Shown piece after piece: positions 21,752 to 32,416 of a stretch of DNA of 64,000 nucleotides. The DNA lies in IMG/VR virus record IMGVR_UViG_3300042858_000011, positions 1-64,000 of that record, one strand, 5' to 3'. The notes under the pieces are model-generated. The model was not told the origin of the DNA. It saw only the letters and a program-made list of their open reading frames with translations, and made no database searches. The stretch comes from a virus (lineage: Duplodnaviria; Caudoviricetes). Within the stretch, counting starts at the first letter, position 1. The number at the start of each line of letters is the position of its first letter. The translations under genes and the position numbers were made by a program.

Positions 21752-22681
21752 TTACTCCTCCCTATTTCTATTTTGTAAAATTTCTACAAGTAAATCATTG
21801 AAGTCAGATTGTGATGCAACATCTCCCTCCGGAGCATAATCTACTACATTAACATTACCTTCCCTATCTATTATAACAGTTAGGTTGACAGATGGTATAT
21901 ACACAGCATACTCATTATCATTTTTCTTATAAATGGTGTATTCACATTTGTTTGCCTCTGTTGGAACAACGGAAGTTACTTCAAGTCTTTTTTCATTCAA
22001 ATCAACTTTGATTACAGGAGATATGAATAGTGATGTTATGAATATGCTATCATTTGTTGCGTATATGTTTACGAATTGATTGTTTGGTGTAAATGTTCCA
22101 GCAATCATAAGACTATCATCATTACTGTTATCGATCTCTATTTGAGTATCATCTTCTGTTTCGGCTTGTTCTTCTTCTGATTCAAGAGTTTCACTTTCAG
22201 ATTCAAAATCAAATTTATCATCAAAGTCGAAGTCAACTAAGTTATCTAAATCATCTAGATCTGTTTCCTCTGTATTATTGGGTGTTTCATCTTCCATGTA
22301 TAGATCACTTAAATCCAATACTTCAACATCATTTTCTTCTTTAATTTCTTCATCCTCTTGTTCATCCATAAAATCAAAATCAAAATCGTCTAAATTATCT
22401 ACTTCCTCATTATTTATTGCATCTTCTTCATTTTCATCTTCTACTTCCTCATCGTTATCATCCTCATCTAAATCTATCACAATATCCTCTTCCTCATTGT
22501 TTATCAATTCTTCTTCTTCAATATCAACTTCAATATTATCAGGTTCATATTGTTCTTCATCCTGTGGTAAATCAGGTTCATTAATTACCTCATCTTGTTT
22601 AATCAATTCATCTTCCTGTATATCTTTAGATTCATCAAAATTTTGAAAATTGTCCTGTGAAAGATACTCTTTTTCGTCCAT
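21752..22681 (-). CDS. Extremely acidic (D/E-rich) protein
   Basis: About 190-residue D/E tract followed by a folded C-terminal domain; CTAAATTT at -14. Confidence 0.7.
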   Translation of the reverse strand: MDEKEYLSQDNFQNFDESKDIQEDELIKQDEVINEPDLPQDEEQYEPDNIEVDIEEEELINNEEEDIVIDLDEDDNDEEVEDENEEDAINNEEVDNLDDFDFDFMDEQEDEEIKEENDVEVLDLSDLYMEDETPNNTEETDLDDLDNLVDFDFDDKFDFESESETLESEEEQAETEDDTQIEIDNSNDDSLMIAGTFTPNNQFVNIYATNDSIFITSLFISPVIKVDLNEKRLEVTSVVPTEANKCEYTIYKKNDNEYAVYIPSVNLTVIIDREGNVNVVDYAPEGDVASQSDFNDLLVEILQNRNREE

Positions 22682-22787
22682 CAAAGAAAATTTAGCTATG
22701 TTTAAGTGAGATAGTTTTGCAAACCTGTTTAGTTTTCATGAATAAGATTAATATAGCCTCAGATACAACTACACTAAATTTTTGTAT

Positions 22788-23885
22788 ATGTTTCGGTTAT
22801 CTACTCTAGATGCAAAAAATATAGTCGACGCTATCGATTCAAGGTTTGAGAAAATTACTGTCTTTTTGGATATTGATAATTTATTCTTTGATCTCTACTA
22901 TGATAGCATATATGCTGACATTAACGATTTTCTTGGCCAATTAAGAAAGTCTGCTCAGGAAGTGTTGTATTCTCTATTTAACTTCCAACAGTATCTAGTT
23001 CAAGAATCACAGAAAAATAATTTAAAGTATCCAACCATCATTTTATACACTAATTTTTCTGCTCCAAATAAAATACTTAAAATAATGCCAAAATATAAGC
23101 AGCATAGACGAACACTCAAAATATTACCGTCTACACAATTAATCAAATTTCTCAAAGCTAAATATGGTGAGTTTAATGTTAATGAGATAAAATCTGTAGC
23201 AAAGAGATACTTCTACAAACTGATACAAAACATAATAAACAATAATTTTCGAAATACAGTTTTTGTTATAAGTAGGAATATGGATAGTGATTACATACCA
23301 TATCTTATACTAAAAACATATATGAAAAATACGAATGCTTACTTCATTGTTAGTTGTGATAAAGATTACATACAATTGTTAGCCTACGATAACTTATTCA
23401 TATATCGCAGGCGCAATATAAAAGTTGAGAATGAATTGATAGGAGATTACATAAAGGTTGATTACAAAATACTAACAGGCAAAAATTTAGACATTAAACT
23501 GAAGCATCCTTTATTGCATCCTATATATCTAGCATTAGCAGGAGATAGTAGTGATAATATACCTTCATTAAGAAAGAGATTAAACATTAAGAAAGTTGAA
23601 GATATCTTAAATAATTATGCAGATGATTTGATTAAAGCTATGCAGAAAGAAAGTATTGATGATGTCATGCAAATATTATCTAATATTTTCAAAAAATCTG
23701 TTGATGAACCAATTATGCAACAATTGAAAACAAATCTAACTGTAACAACGTTCTTTGCACAAGATAGTTTATATGATCAGATTGATAAAAGTTTTGTATT
23801 AAATCAATTAAAATTTCTAAACTCATATCATGAAAATTTAACTAGAGATAAACTTGATGAAATTATAGCTCAGAATTTGATTTAG
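22788..23885 (+). CDS. 5'-3' exonuclease / T4 RNase H-like (FEN/PIN fold)
   Basis: FLDIDN, YKQHR, DSDYI, SCDKDYIQL, LAGDSSDNIPS. Confidence 0.88.
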   Translation: MFRLSTLDAKNIVDAIDSRFEKITVFLDIDNLFFDLYYDSIYADINDFLGQLRKSAQEVLYSLFNFQQYLVQESQKNNLKYPTIILYTNFSAPNKILKIMPKYKQHRRTLKILPSTQLIKFLKAKYGEFNVNEIKSVAKRYFYKLIQNIINNNFRNTVFVISRNMDSDYIPYLILKTYMKNTNAYFIVSCDKDYIQLLAYDNLFIYRRRNIKVENELIGDYIKVDYKILTGKNLDIKLKHPLLHPIYLALAGDSSDNIPSLRKRLNIKKVEDILNNYADDLIKAMQKESIDDVMQILSNIFKKSVDEPIMQQLKTNLTVTTFFAQDSLYDQIDKSFVLNQLKFLNSYHENLTRDKLDEIIAQNLI

Positions 23886-23890
23886 TTTTT

Positions 23891-24565
23891 TTATGTAAGG
23901 AATGTGAATAGATTTCTGCTTACAATTCTAGTAAAGTATGGTGTAAGCATTTTCGGTGAAAGTTGTTGCAGATTATCCAATTTCATTTGTGGTCTACCCT
24001 TGTATATTCTCTGAAATCTGAAATAATAGTTACCATCAAAACGATACAGGCTATGAAAATTTCTCTCTTTAATGAAATCATAATAGAGTGCATACACAGA
24101 ACCCTGATTTATCAGCAATGGTATCAAACCTGAATGTCTTTCAAAATACAATATATAAACAATCATAGGCTGTTTAACATATAAATCCAGTAGATAAACA
24201 TAGCCTGTTTCTGCTATCTTCCAATTACCAGGTGGATAATCTCTTTCTCCTTTGAATTTAAGTTCAGTAAATGGAACAACGTATTGTGTTATTATCATCA
24301 TTCTGTCTTCATGCAAACTTTTTGGCCAGTGTCTACATACTAATACTCTGTATAATGCTTGTCTATCATCAAAATAGAATGTTTTGCCCAACGAAAGAAA
24401 CCTATTTGCAAGCAACGGATTAGGTAAAGCCATATACAAATCAATTAGTAATCCTTTCTGTGGATGATAGTTTAGTTTAATAGTGTAAAAGCTACGAAAC
24501 AAAGGTATGTATAGTTTTTTGTTATTGAAATTAAATCTTATGTTTAGATGCCTATGTTCTTCCAT
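23891..24565 (-). CDS. Hypothetical protein
   Basis: 224-aa ORF, AGC at -13. Confidence 0.6.
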   Translation of the reverse strand: MEEHRHLNIRFNFNNKKLYIPLFRSFYTIKLNYHPQKGLLIDLYMALPNPLLANRFLSLGKTFYFDDRQALYRVLVCRHWPKSLHEDRMMIITQYVVPFTELKFKGERDYPPGNWKIAETGYVYLLDLYVKQPMIVYILYFERHSGLIPLLINQGSVYALYYDFIKERNFHSLYRFDGNYYFRFQRIYKGRPQMKLDNLQQLSPKMLTPYFTRIVSRNLFTFLT

Positions 24566-24585
24566 ACTTTCAGCTGCTTTACAAT

Positions 24586-26601
24586 ATGACTTTTATTGTG
24601 GATGCAAAAGCATACAGTCCATTTGTAAAAGATCGTATCAAAAATCTTGAAGTTGAGTATGATGAATTGTATGTTGACACAAATAGTATAACTTACAACT
24701 TTAGAGTTGACAGTTATTATAGTGATAGTTCTGCTCCAGTTTTATTTGTTAACAGAACAATTGATCTCAAAGTGATAACCAAAAAAGTAAATACTTTCAA
24801 TAGATTGCTTACTGATATAGAGAATGAAGCTTTTGGTTCCTATATTTGGAAGTATCAAAATACAATACTAGGTCTTGGTAGAAGAATTTCAGATCGTATT
24901 GCTTACACAGACTTTGATATAGAGCATACGAACTCTTATCCGTCAATCAAATTAAGATTTCAACTGGATAGATCATTATTACCTATTGTTGATGTTCGCA
25001 CTATATACACTTCACAACGTTTATCAGTTTCAGATATTATGAACAAAACTATTAATAAATTTAACGAATTGATAAGTAGTTTTGCTATCTCAAAGATAAA
25101 ATTTCTGTCGCATCCTTTTAATGATGTTGAAGCAAGCTACTTTACAAAAAGTTATAGAAATGATTTAGTGCTCACATTGTATGATATACTAAACCTCTGT
25201 GTGCAAGACTATAAGCCTGTAGATTTATCTCTGTTATCTTATATTGCTCAACAAGAGAATGAATTAACTTTATATCTAATTCCGCTTACTGTTGATAATA
25301 TAAATCCTAATTCAGATTTTCCTGTTTTAACAAATATATTTGTTGATCAAAACATTTATCTTACAGAGAATGAATACAGTTTTAAGAAATATGATGATGT
25401 GATCGAAATACTCAAGAGTAACGCTTCGCAGCATACTAAACACAAAGCCATCGCTATTTTTAATCACAATTTACAACAACCAGATACAAATACACAAAGA
25501 AGAACAGATGTTGTAGATAGTGATGGAAATTATTTGTCTGCAATGGAAAATATCTCCAATGAATCTAGTAGTATGTTTGATTATAAACAGATAACAGAAT
25601 CACTACTAAAACTCAATACTTTTGTAACAAGAAACTCAAAACTAATTAAGTTTAACAATGATGATGTAATTATGGTTTATAATGACCGATATAGCAGTGA
25701 GCTAGACCTAGATTTTGATTTTCCATTTTTATGTAGATACAGTGAATTTTATTTACGACCTACATCCAATTCTACAATTATTAGGATAGCTAATTTGGTT
25801 ATTCCATTTAATCTAACAATAGGTTTAGTAAATATATTGGATGTTGATCTAACTCCATCTACAAATAATACAATCACACCTCAATCATCTAGCAATAATC
25901 TTTATAAACGAGTAGAACAGGGATTAGAACAAAGATTGAATGAGTATATGCAAGCAAATAATCTGCAAGAAAAAAGAGTCATCAAATACTATAGGGTTCT
26001 ACCAAATGATTTGGATAACATTACTCTAATAGTTAATGTGTTAGAGAGAAGTCTTGTGTTAGCACATCAGTTAGCTAAAACAGATGAAAAGCAAATGTAT
26101 GCTAGAAGAGCAGAACAATTGCTAAATGAGAATAAAAGCAGTATTGCACCCATTATAAATATTACACCAACTAACTTTTCCAATCTTATCAAGAATTCAC
26201 ATAGCACACTATCTGATTTGTTGAGAAAAGATTATTATCATTTTGGTAGACCTGAACAAGTTTCTATTATTTTCACATCGCTAGGCAATCTTGGTAATAT
26301 CAATCAGCAATTATATAACCTAATAAACGTAATTAAAGATGGATCAGGATCAGAACAAAACATATTAGAAATGTTAAATCAGTTTGCTACAAACGTTAAC
26401 AATATTTTACGACTTTTTACTTATCTACCAGATAACAATAAGCAAATTCTACGAAATATTATAGATGATGTCCTAACAAATTTAAACTATCTGCTAGGAT
26501 TGATTGACAAAATTATAACAACAGATACCACAAGATCTATGATAATAAATCAAATTGAGAGCATTATGTATAGTATACAGCAAAAAACGAGTTTTGTTTA
26601 G
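24586..26601 (+). CDS. Hypothetical protein, probably structural
   Basis: 671-aa ORF, AGC at -14. Confidence 0.6.
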   Translation: MTFIVDAKAYSPFVKDRIKNLEVEYDELYVDTNSITYNFRVDSYYSDSSAPVLFVNRTIDLKVITKKVNTFNRLLTDIENEAFGSYIWKYQNTILGLGRRISDRIAYTDFDIEHTNSYPSIKLRFQLDRSLLPIVDVRTIYTSQRLSVSDIMNKTINKFNELISSFAISKIKFLSHPFNDVEASYFTKSYRNDLVLTLYDILNLCVQDYKPVDLSLLSYIAQQENELTLYLIPLTVDNINPNSDFPVLTNIFVDQNIYLTENEYSFKKYDDVIEILKSNASQHTKHKAIAIFNHNLQQPDTNTQRRTDVVDSDGNYLSAMENISNESSSMFDYKQITESLLKLNTFVTRNSKLIKFNNDDVIMVYNDRYSSELDLDFDFPFLCRYSEFYLRPTSNSTIIRIANLVIPFNLTIGLVNILDVDLTPSTNNTITPQSSSNNLYKRVEQGLEQRLNEYMQANNLQEKRVIKYYRVLPNDLDNITLIVNVLERSLVLAHQLAKTDEKQMYARRAEQLLNENKSSIAPIINITPTNFSNLIKNSHSTLSDLLRKDYYHFGRPEQVSIIFTSLGNLGNINQQLYNLINVIKDGSGSEQNILEMLNQFATNVNNILRLFTYLPDNNKQILRNIIDDVLTNLNYLLGLIDKIITTDTTRSMIINQIESIMYSIQQKTSFV

Positions 26602-26603
26602 TA

Positions 26604-27224
26604 TTATTGTTCAAGCATTGTTATGTCAATACAAATACCTAGATCTGCATACTCTAATGTTGAGTATAATGTGATATGATCTTGTATGAGATATTTGTCT
26701 TCATTAAACAAAACAATTAGTATTCTCTTGTCTTTTATATTGTTGTTGTAATTTTTTTGAATGATTTTATCATCGGTTGATATATAGAAAGCTACAATTT
26801 TGTTTTCATATTCTAATATTCCTTTGTCAAATATTAGTTGATCGTTATTGATTAATACATCTAGTTTTAATGAGCAAGGGTAGTTATTGTTTACATTGCC
26901 AAGTATATCATTCAGTATATATGTTAATTCATCAATGATTTTACATTTATTGTTTACATTATTTAATGTCTCAAACTTACAAGCAAACGATAGATTTTTG
27001 CTTACAACTACTTTGATATTTGCTCTGCAATAATCACTTATTAGATTTTTGTTTAATATAATCTTGTCATCATATAAAATACCTTCAATGTAATTTTTGT
27101 AAACTATTGGCTTTCCTTGTTCTGTTACAATAGTAAAATTTTTTACATCACTAGGTAAATCAATTAATGGATCTTTGATTTGAATAAATTGTGAGTTGCT
27201 TAATACATAGGCATATATATTCAT
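26604..27224 (-). CDS. Hypothetical protein
   Basis: 206-aa ORF, CTAAATTT at -14. Confidence 0.6.
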   Translation of the reverse strand: MNIYAYVLSNSQFIQIKDPLIDLPSDVKNFTIVTEQGKPIVYKNYIEGILYDDKIILNKNLISDYCRANIKVVVSKNLSFACKFETLNNVNNKCKIIDELTYILNDILGNVNNNYPCSLKLDVLINNDQLIFDKGILEYENKIVAFYISTDDKIIQKNYNNNIKDKRILIVLFNEDKYLIQDHITLYSTLEYADLGICIDITMLEQ

Positions 27225-27254
27225 ACAAAAAAATTTAGTTTAGTTGCTAAACTA

Positions 27255-29135
27255 TTAGGCTAGCACACGCTTCCAATCAATGTTTCTGCTAGCAGGAACA
27301 TCAAACAATTGTTTCACCTTTTCCTTAAACTTTTCAACTAATAGTTCTTGTTTTTGTTGAATAGTTACTTTATCAGATTTTAGTTTTAGGTAGTATATAT
27401 ATGTCTCTCTTGTTTGCGAGAATCTATATACTCTGGCTACTGCTTGATGCAGATCTACATCTCTAAAGGGTAAGTCTGCATACATAACTATCCTGCCTTC
27501 TGTTAAAGTAAAGCCAAATGATAAAGATGAATATGTTGCTATCAGTATTGTTCCTGGTTGCTGCTTGAATATTTGAATTGATTTTTTACGTTCTTTCAAA
27601 GATTGTTCTCCTGTAACAATTACAATATTCCTAATACCATGTTTCTCAAGAGTTTGTTTTATGGCTTCCAATGTGTATTTGTAGTTCGTGAATATTATTA
27701 TTCTTTCCTGCTTGGAAACTAAATCTTTTATGAGCTTAATATTCTTTTCATATAACTCGATGACTAACTCTATTAATCTTTGTTTATATATACTACTTAA
27801 TTCTTTAGTGAAACAAATCAATTTACCCATAAATAGTTGCGACATTGCTTTGTTAAATTGTTCAGCTAAAGTATGTTCGTTTCTACTTTGCAGAAAATCA
27901 TAGATTTGTTTGCGAGCGTAAACTAAATCTCTTGTTAATTTAATTTGATTTTGTTTGGCGTTTTCCCTAATCATTTTTACATAATCACTAATTTGATTAT
28001 CTGTATCAACTTGTTCTATTTTTGATAGCACATCAATTAGGTTTTGTTTATAGGTGTTGTAGTTTTGATTTACTTGTTGCAGACAACCTGATGACTGATC
28101 TCTGGCTTGCTCAATAATACTATCAACTATGTATTTATCAATATTATCTACATTTGTTTCTATAACTATTTCATGTTTTGGTGGTAAGGATAGACTGCTA
28201 CTAATTTGACTTCTTGTTACTCTGATCATACTTAAACTAAGTCTATGCTTTATCAAATCTATAGCATGTGTAGCATAAGCTGAATTATAGGCTTTAATGA
28301 AATAAGGGTAAGCATCCATATCAAATAAAGGATCCAACAATAAAAATGCTCCTGATAGTTCAGCATATCTACCTTTGACTGGAGTTCCAGATAACAATAA
28401 TACATCATTAATGTTGTTAGCAATGACAAATTTGTATAGAGATTGCATTGTCTGTGTATCAGCATATCTTATGACTTGAGCCTCATCTATGATAAGGAAA
28501 ATTCTCTCAATATTATAGTTCCACGGAACATGTATTTTTGAAACATTATTAAAGTTTGTTATGATTGCAATATGATTATGGTTTGGTTGATCTAAAGGAA
28601 AAGCGCAAACCTGTTCTCTTGGTATGTTGGTTAATTTCTCAAATTCATCTAGCCAATTTAATATAAGTGTTTTGGGACAAACAACAATAACTTTTGTTCC
28701 ATAGGCCAGTGATGTATATAGAGATGTTAGTGTTTTACCTGTGCCAACATCAAAGGCCAAATAATAACCTCTTAGTTTGAGGTTATCCTTATATTCACCG
28801 TAATGCTGAACAAATTTATTTTGATGTGGCATTAACTCAACTTTGAAGATTTGTTTCGCTTTATCTAAATGTTTTGGTGTATCTGGTTTATGATCAAACA
28901 ATATATGATGCAATACAGTATTCTCAATTAGTTCACGAGCAATTTTTAGTTGATTGTTGGATATTAGTGATAGAACAATCTCAACTGTAAAAAAGCGATG
29001 AAATTTGTAGTATGTTTTGCTTCCTACTCTTACATCATCGATAATCATTTTTAAAAAATTTTTGTCCTGTTCACTAACATAATCTAGCAAATTCAAATCC
29101 GTTAGATAGAAGTTTTTGCTTTCAATAATTTGCAT
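27255..29135 (-). CDS. SNF2-family SF2 helicase/ATPase
   Basis: LMPHQ, FDVGTGKT, VVCPK, IIDEAQ, LSGTP, IIFTNY, GFTLTEG, QAVARVYRFSQ. Confidence 0.92.
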   Translation of the reverse strand: MQIIESKNFYLTDLNLLDYVSEQDKNFLKMIIDDVRVGSKTYYKFHRFFTVEIVLSLISNNQLKIARELIENTVLHHILFDHKPDTPKHLDKAKQIFKVELMPHQNKFVQHYGEYKDNLKLRGYYLAFDVGTGKTLTSLYTSLAYGTKVIVVCPKTLILNWLDEFEKLTNIPREQVCAFPLDQPNHNHIAIITNFNNVSKIHVPWNYNIERIFLIIDEAQVIRYADTQTMQSLYKFVIANNINDVLLLSGTPVKGRYAELSGAFLLLDPLFDMDAYPYFIKAYNSAYATHAIDLIKHRLSLSMIRVTRSQISSSLSLPPKHEIVIETNVDNIDKYIVDSIIEQARDQSSGCLQQVNQNYNTYKQNLIDVLSKIEQVDTDNQISDYVKMIRENAKQNQIKLTRDLVYARKQIYDFLQSRNEHTLAEQFNKAMSQLFMGKLICFTKELSSIYKQRLIELVIELYEKNIKLIKDLVSKQERIIIFTNYKYTLEAIKQTLEKHGIRNIVIVTGEQSLKERKKSIQIFKQQPGTILIATYSSLSFGFTLTEGRIVMYADLPFRDVDLHQAVARVYRFSQTRETYIYYLKLKSDKVTIQQKQELLVEKFKEKVKQLFDVPASRNIDWKRVLA

Positions 29136-29161
29136 AAACATAAATCGCTGAGATATTATCG

Positions 29162-29644
29162 TCAAAACAACAAACATAAATAATAGACAAAACTATTTAC
29201 AAAAACTACTCGTGGTATGTATTTTTGCTCTATAATTAGGTTAAGAAATGTACTAACTATCAAATTATTTTCTACACCTACAGAATGATAACTATGAATT
29301 TCGAGATTACTGTTTTCCATATCTATAGTAATACGTTTTTTGTAATACATAAGTATTATTGTTAAATTTTGAAGGTAATTGGTTTTCAGTGTGTTTGGAA
29401 ATGATATGAATGGTAATATAGGAACATATATATTTGGACAAAATTTGCTCAACATTATGTAAACGATAAATTTGGAGTAATCAACATTTTCTATTTTGTT
29501 GCAATTAGCTAGTAGATCTAGCAGAGTATCTTCAAAATTGTTGCTGTAGCCAAAACCATCAAACCATACGTCTACATAGGCTGAATTATAGTGTATAAAT
29601 TTGATAAGTCTATTTATCGTTTCGTAAGCAGATTTAATGATCAT
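29162..29644 (-). CDS. Hypothetical protein (tandem paralog of 29670-30140)
   Basis: CTAAATTT at -14; weak colinear similarity to its neighbour. Confidence 0.55.
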   Translation of the reverse strand: MIIKSAYETINRLIKFIHYNSAYVDVWFDGFGYSNNFEDTLLDLLANCNKIENVDYSKFIVYIMLSKFCPNIYVPILPFISFPNTLKTNYLQNLTIILMYYKKRITIDMENSNLEIHSYHSVGVENNLIVSTFLNLIIEQKYIPRVVFVNSFVYYLCLLF

Positions 29645-29669
29645 AACAGAAAATTTAGATCATTTTTCA

Positions 29670-30140
29670 TCACATGAGTAGCGTTATGTAACTCAATATT
29701 GGAGCATTAAAATCTCTGACATAACTATTTATCAAAGCAACATTCGCAAATAAGTTTGCAAGTATGACATTCTGTATTGGTATTGCTGATGAAGGTGATA
29801 ATATTAACTTAGAATTTTTATGTTTGTAATAAAATAGTGTTTTTATTTTGAAAGACAACTCATAAAATATAATATGATGCAAAATTTTGTTTATGTTTTT
29901 GCATAATATTATCCTTATATTATCTAGCAAATCGACATTATGAAAATCAATATCTGTTGTGTAATTTGCTTGCAACAATAACATGTAAGTTATTATCTTT
30001 TCAAATGAATCAACACTATCTAACAAACTTAACATAACATTACCAAATTCTGATGATCTATAGTAAAGTCCGTAATACAAATAAGGATAATGTAGTTTTG
30101 AGAATAATACATCCTGTAACAAAGTCAGACTGGAATACAT
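29670..30140 (-). CDS. Hypothetical protein
   Basis: CTAAATTT at -14. Confidence 0.55.
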   Translation of the reverse strand: MYSSLTLLQDVLFSKLHYPYLYYGLYYRSSEFGNVMLSLLDSVDSFEKIITYMLLLQANYTTDIDFHNVDLLDNIRIILCKNINKILHHIIFYELSFKIKTLFYYKHKNSKLILSPSSAIPIQNVILANLFANVALINSYVRDFNAPILSYITLLM

Positions 30141-30170
30141 GACAAAAAATTTAGTGTATTTGTAAAAAAA

Positions 30171-31772
30171 TTATTTGCCTGCGTATGCGAATGCAAATAC
30201 TCTATTATTCATATTCTTAACATCTTGCTTAACTTTGTTTATATCCATAGAAGTAGATACGATGCGTCTTTTATGTAGCGTTTGTAGTATCTTTGCTCCA
30301 ACCAATATTACACCTATACCAATCAATCCTGCGATACCAACTTTGGCAAAAGTAGGTATATCGGAATATACTTGCTGCAATTTCTCTATTAGAGATTTAC
30401 CAGTAGTTTGAACTTTTTCTGCTACATCACCAATCTTTTCAACAACTTCACCAGATTTTTGTTCTACATTAGCAGCAGTATCTTGAGCTTGTTTAGCAGC
30501 TTCCACTATTTTATCTGTATTCAACGCTGTAAGCAAGCCAATTATAAAACCAAATATACCAGCACCAACAACTGGAGTAGCAGCTTTCAATATACCAACT
30601 AGAGCTGGAATTATACCTGGATTTGCTTTTCTCTGACTAACTTTTGCGTAAGCTTCTTTGCTTACAAATTTACTTACTAGCTTTTTGTAATTGTTTATTC
30701 CTTTCTTACCAGCTTGTTCGAAAATCGATACAGCTTCTTTTGCTACTTGTTTGACATCCAAAGTAGGATTTGTTACAATAAGAACACTAGCTATATCATC
30801 TAGCACAGCATATGTAAGTTTGTCATTAGGTATGCTTGCAAATTCTCTAGCTGCTACTCTTACAGCTCTCTTCTTCATAATAAGCATTATTATTCCGACA
30901 ATGCTTGCTGTTGCAACTGCTGTTGTGATGGTTGGATAATGTGTTACAAAATCTTTTATAAACTTAACTATAGATTCAACCTGTGATCCTATTTTTGAAA
31001 GTATTTGTGATAACTCGGCTTTTAGTTTGCTGAAGAATGTAATTACCTCTTGGATGAATCTTTCAATAATATCACGAACCTTCATATAAACCTTCACAAA
31101 TGGATCTTGTAGAATTCGTTTTTCCTCGGGAGTTAATACCTTATCTTTTATTTTTTCTTTAACTTCAGCTTTAAATTTTTCCCAACCTTGCTTAAAGTTC
31201 TCTGCTCCTTTCTTTTCCGAAATGTCTTGTGAATCTTGTTCCATTTTTACACCATAAACTTTGGATATATAGGAAGATGCAATAGCTGCAAAGTATGATT
31301 CAACATTAATCATAGACTCAACATTTGCTTCCTCACCCTGTTCAACGTTAATTACCTCTATAGTAAATACAGCATCTTGCTCACCATATTTTGATCTAAC
31401 ATGAGATTGATCAATCATTATATGCAAACTTTCACCTGGATTTGTAACTATGCTATTAGCCACTACTGCAGCACTATGTACAAATTCTTTAGGATTTTTT
31501 ATGAATGGTATTGATGGATTTGCTACGTTAACATAAACATCTACTTCTGATACTGGCAGATCTACTTCACCTACAACCACATTATTAATTTTTACTGTTG
31601 CTGATTGTTTTGAAGCTTCAAATACTATTGTCTCATCTAAATCATCAAATACATCAAAATCTTCTATTGCTGATTCTTTGGTTGTTTTACTATTGCTGAC
31701 AATGGTTCTAATTACTCCTAAATATTGTCCTATCAAAAGACTATAAGGTGAAAGATATTCAGCTGTCAACAT
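30171..31772 (-). CDS. Multi-pass membrane protein, paralog of 44992-46632
   Basis: Three hydrophobic helices; shared N-terminal ATVxIxNVxxGxxxxPVSxxxV block; AGC at -14. Confidence 0.65.
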   Translation of the reverse strand: MLTAEYLSPYSLLIGQYLGVIRTIVSNSKTTKESAIEDFDVFDDLDETIVFEASKQSATVKINNVVVGEVDLPVSEVDVYVNVANPSIPFIKNPKEFVHSAAVVANSIVTNPGESLHIMIDQSHVRSKYGEQDAVFTIEVINVEQGEEANVESMINVESYFAAIASSYISKVYGVKMEQDSQDISEKKGAENFKQGWEKFKAEVKEKIKDKVLTPEEKRILQDPFVKVYMKVRDIIERFIQEVITFFSKLKAELSQILSKIGSQVESIVKFIKDFVTHYPTITTAVATASIVGIIMLIMKKRAVRVAAREFASIPNDKLTYAVLDDIASVLIVTNPTLDVKQVAKEAVSIFEQAGKKGINNYKKLVSKFVSKEAYAKVSQRKANPGIIPALVGILKAATPVVGAGIFGFIIGLLTALNTDKIVEAAKQAQDTAANVEQKSGEVVEKIGDVAEKVQTTGKSLIEKLQQVYSDIPTFAKVGIAGLIGIGVILVGAKILQTLHKRRIVSTSMDINKVKQDVKNMNNRVFAFAYAGK

Positions 31773-31812
31773 ATTTTTAGTTAGCTAAATAATAAGTTCA
31801 ATCAAAAAATAA

Positions 31813-32406
31813 TCATAGAATCAATTCAACATAAGCTTTCTGTGTCTCATAAAGTCTAATTTTACTAAGTTGTATTTTTGCTGGAATTAATCCTATAGTT
31901 TTCATTCTATCAAATATTTTTACAAACCAATTACATAAATTTTCTGCAGTCGGAACAAAATCAACGATTATGAAGCTCTGTTTATGTTCATTGGTAAATT
32001 CTTCATAATATCTATTGAATTTTGAAAATAGAGATTTTTCCTTATCTGTTGATACTAACTCTAGCTTACCATCCATCTCAGTAATGGTGTAATAAACTAA
32101 GCATTTAGACCAATCTAGTCTGTTATTTGTTACTCCGGTTATTGATTCAAACAATGGATCATTTATATCCAAGATGAATTTATGATCGATAAATCTTTGT
32201 ATAAAATCGTTTAGATAGTTGAAAAATGTGAAATCTAGCACCATACCGCTTTCATCTAGATCAGATGTAATAAATAATTCCAACACATATTCATGTCCAT
32301 GTAGAAATCTACATTTATTTGGTCCCAATGATTTTGGTAAATTTTGCGAATGTACCCTGTGACCTGCAACAAAATTAATTTTTTTGGTTATAAGCATTTC
32401 ACTCAT
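31813..32406 (-). CDS. queD: 6-carboxytetrahydropterin synthase
   Basis: AGHRV, KCRFLHGHEY, GMVLDF, IDHKF, PTAENL, LYET. Confidence 0.95.
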   Translation of the reverse strand: MSEMLITKKINFVAGHRVHSQNLPKSLGPNKCRFLHGHEYVLELFITSDLDESGMVLDFTFFNYLNDFIQRFIDHKFILDINDPLFESITGVTNNRLDWSKCLVYYTITEMDGKLELVSTDKEKSLFSKFNRYYEEFTNEHKQSFIIVDFVPTAENLCNWFVKIFDRMKTIGLIPAKIQLSKIRLYETQKAYVELIL

Positions 32407-32416
32407 ACAAAAAAAT

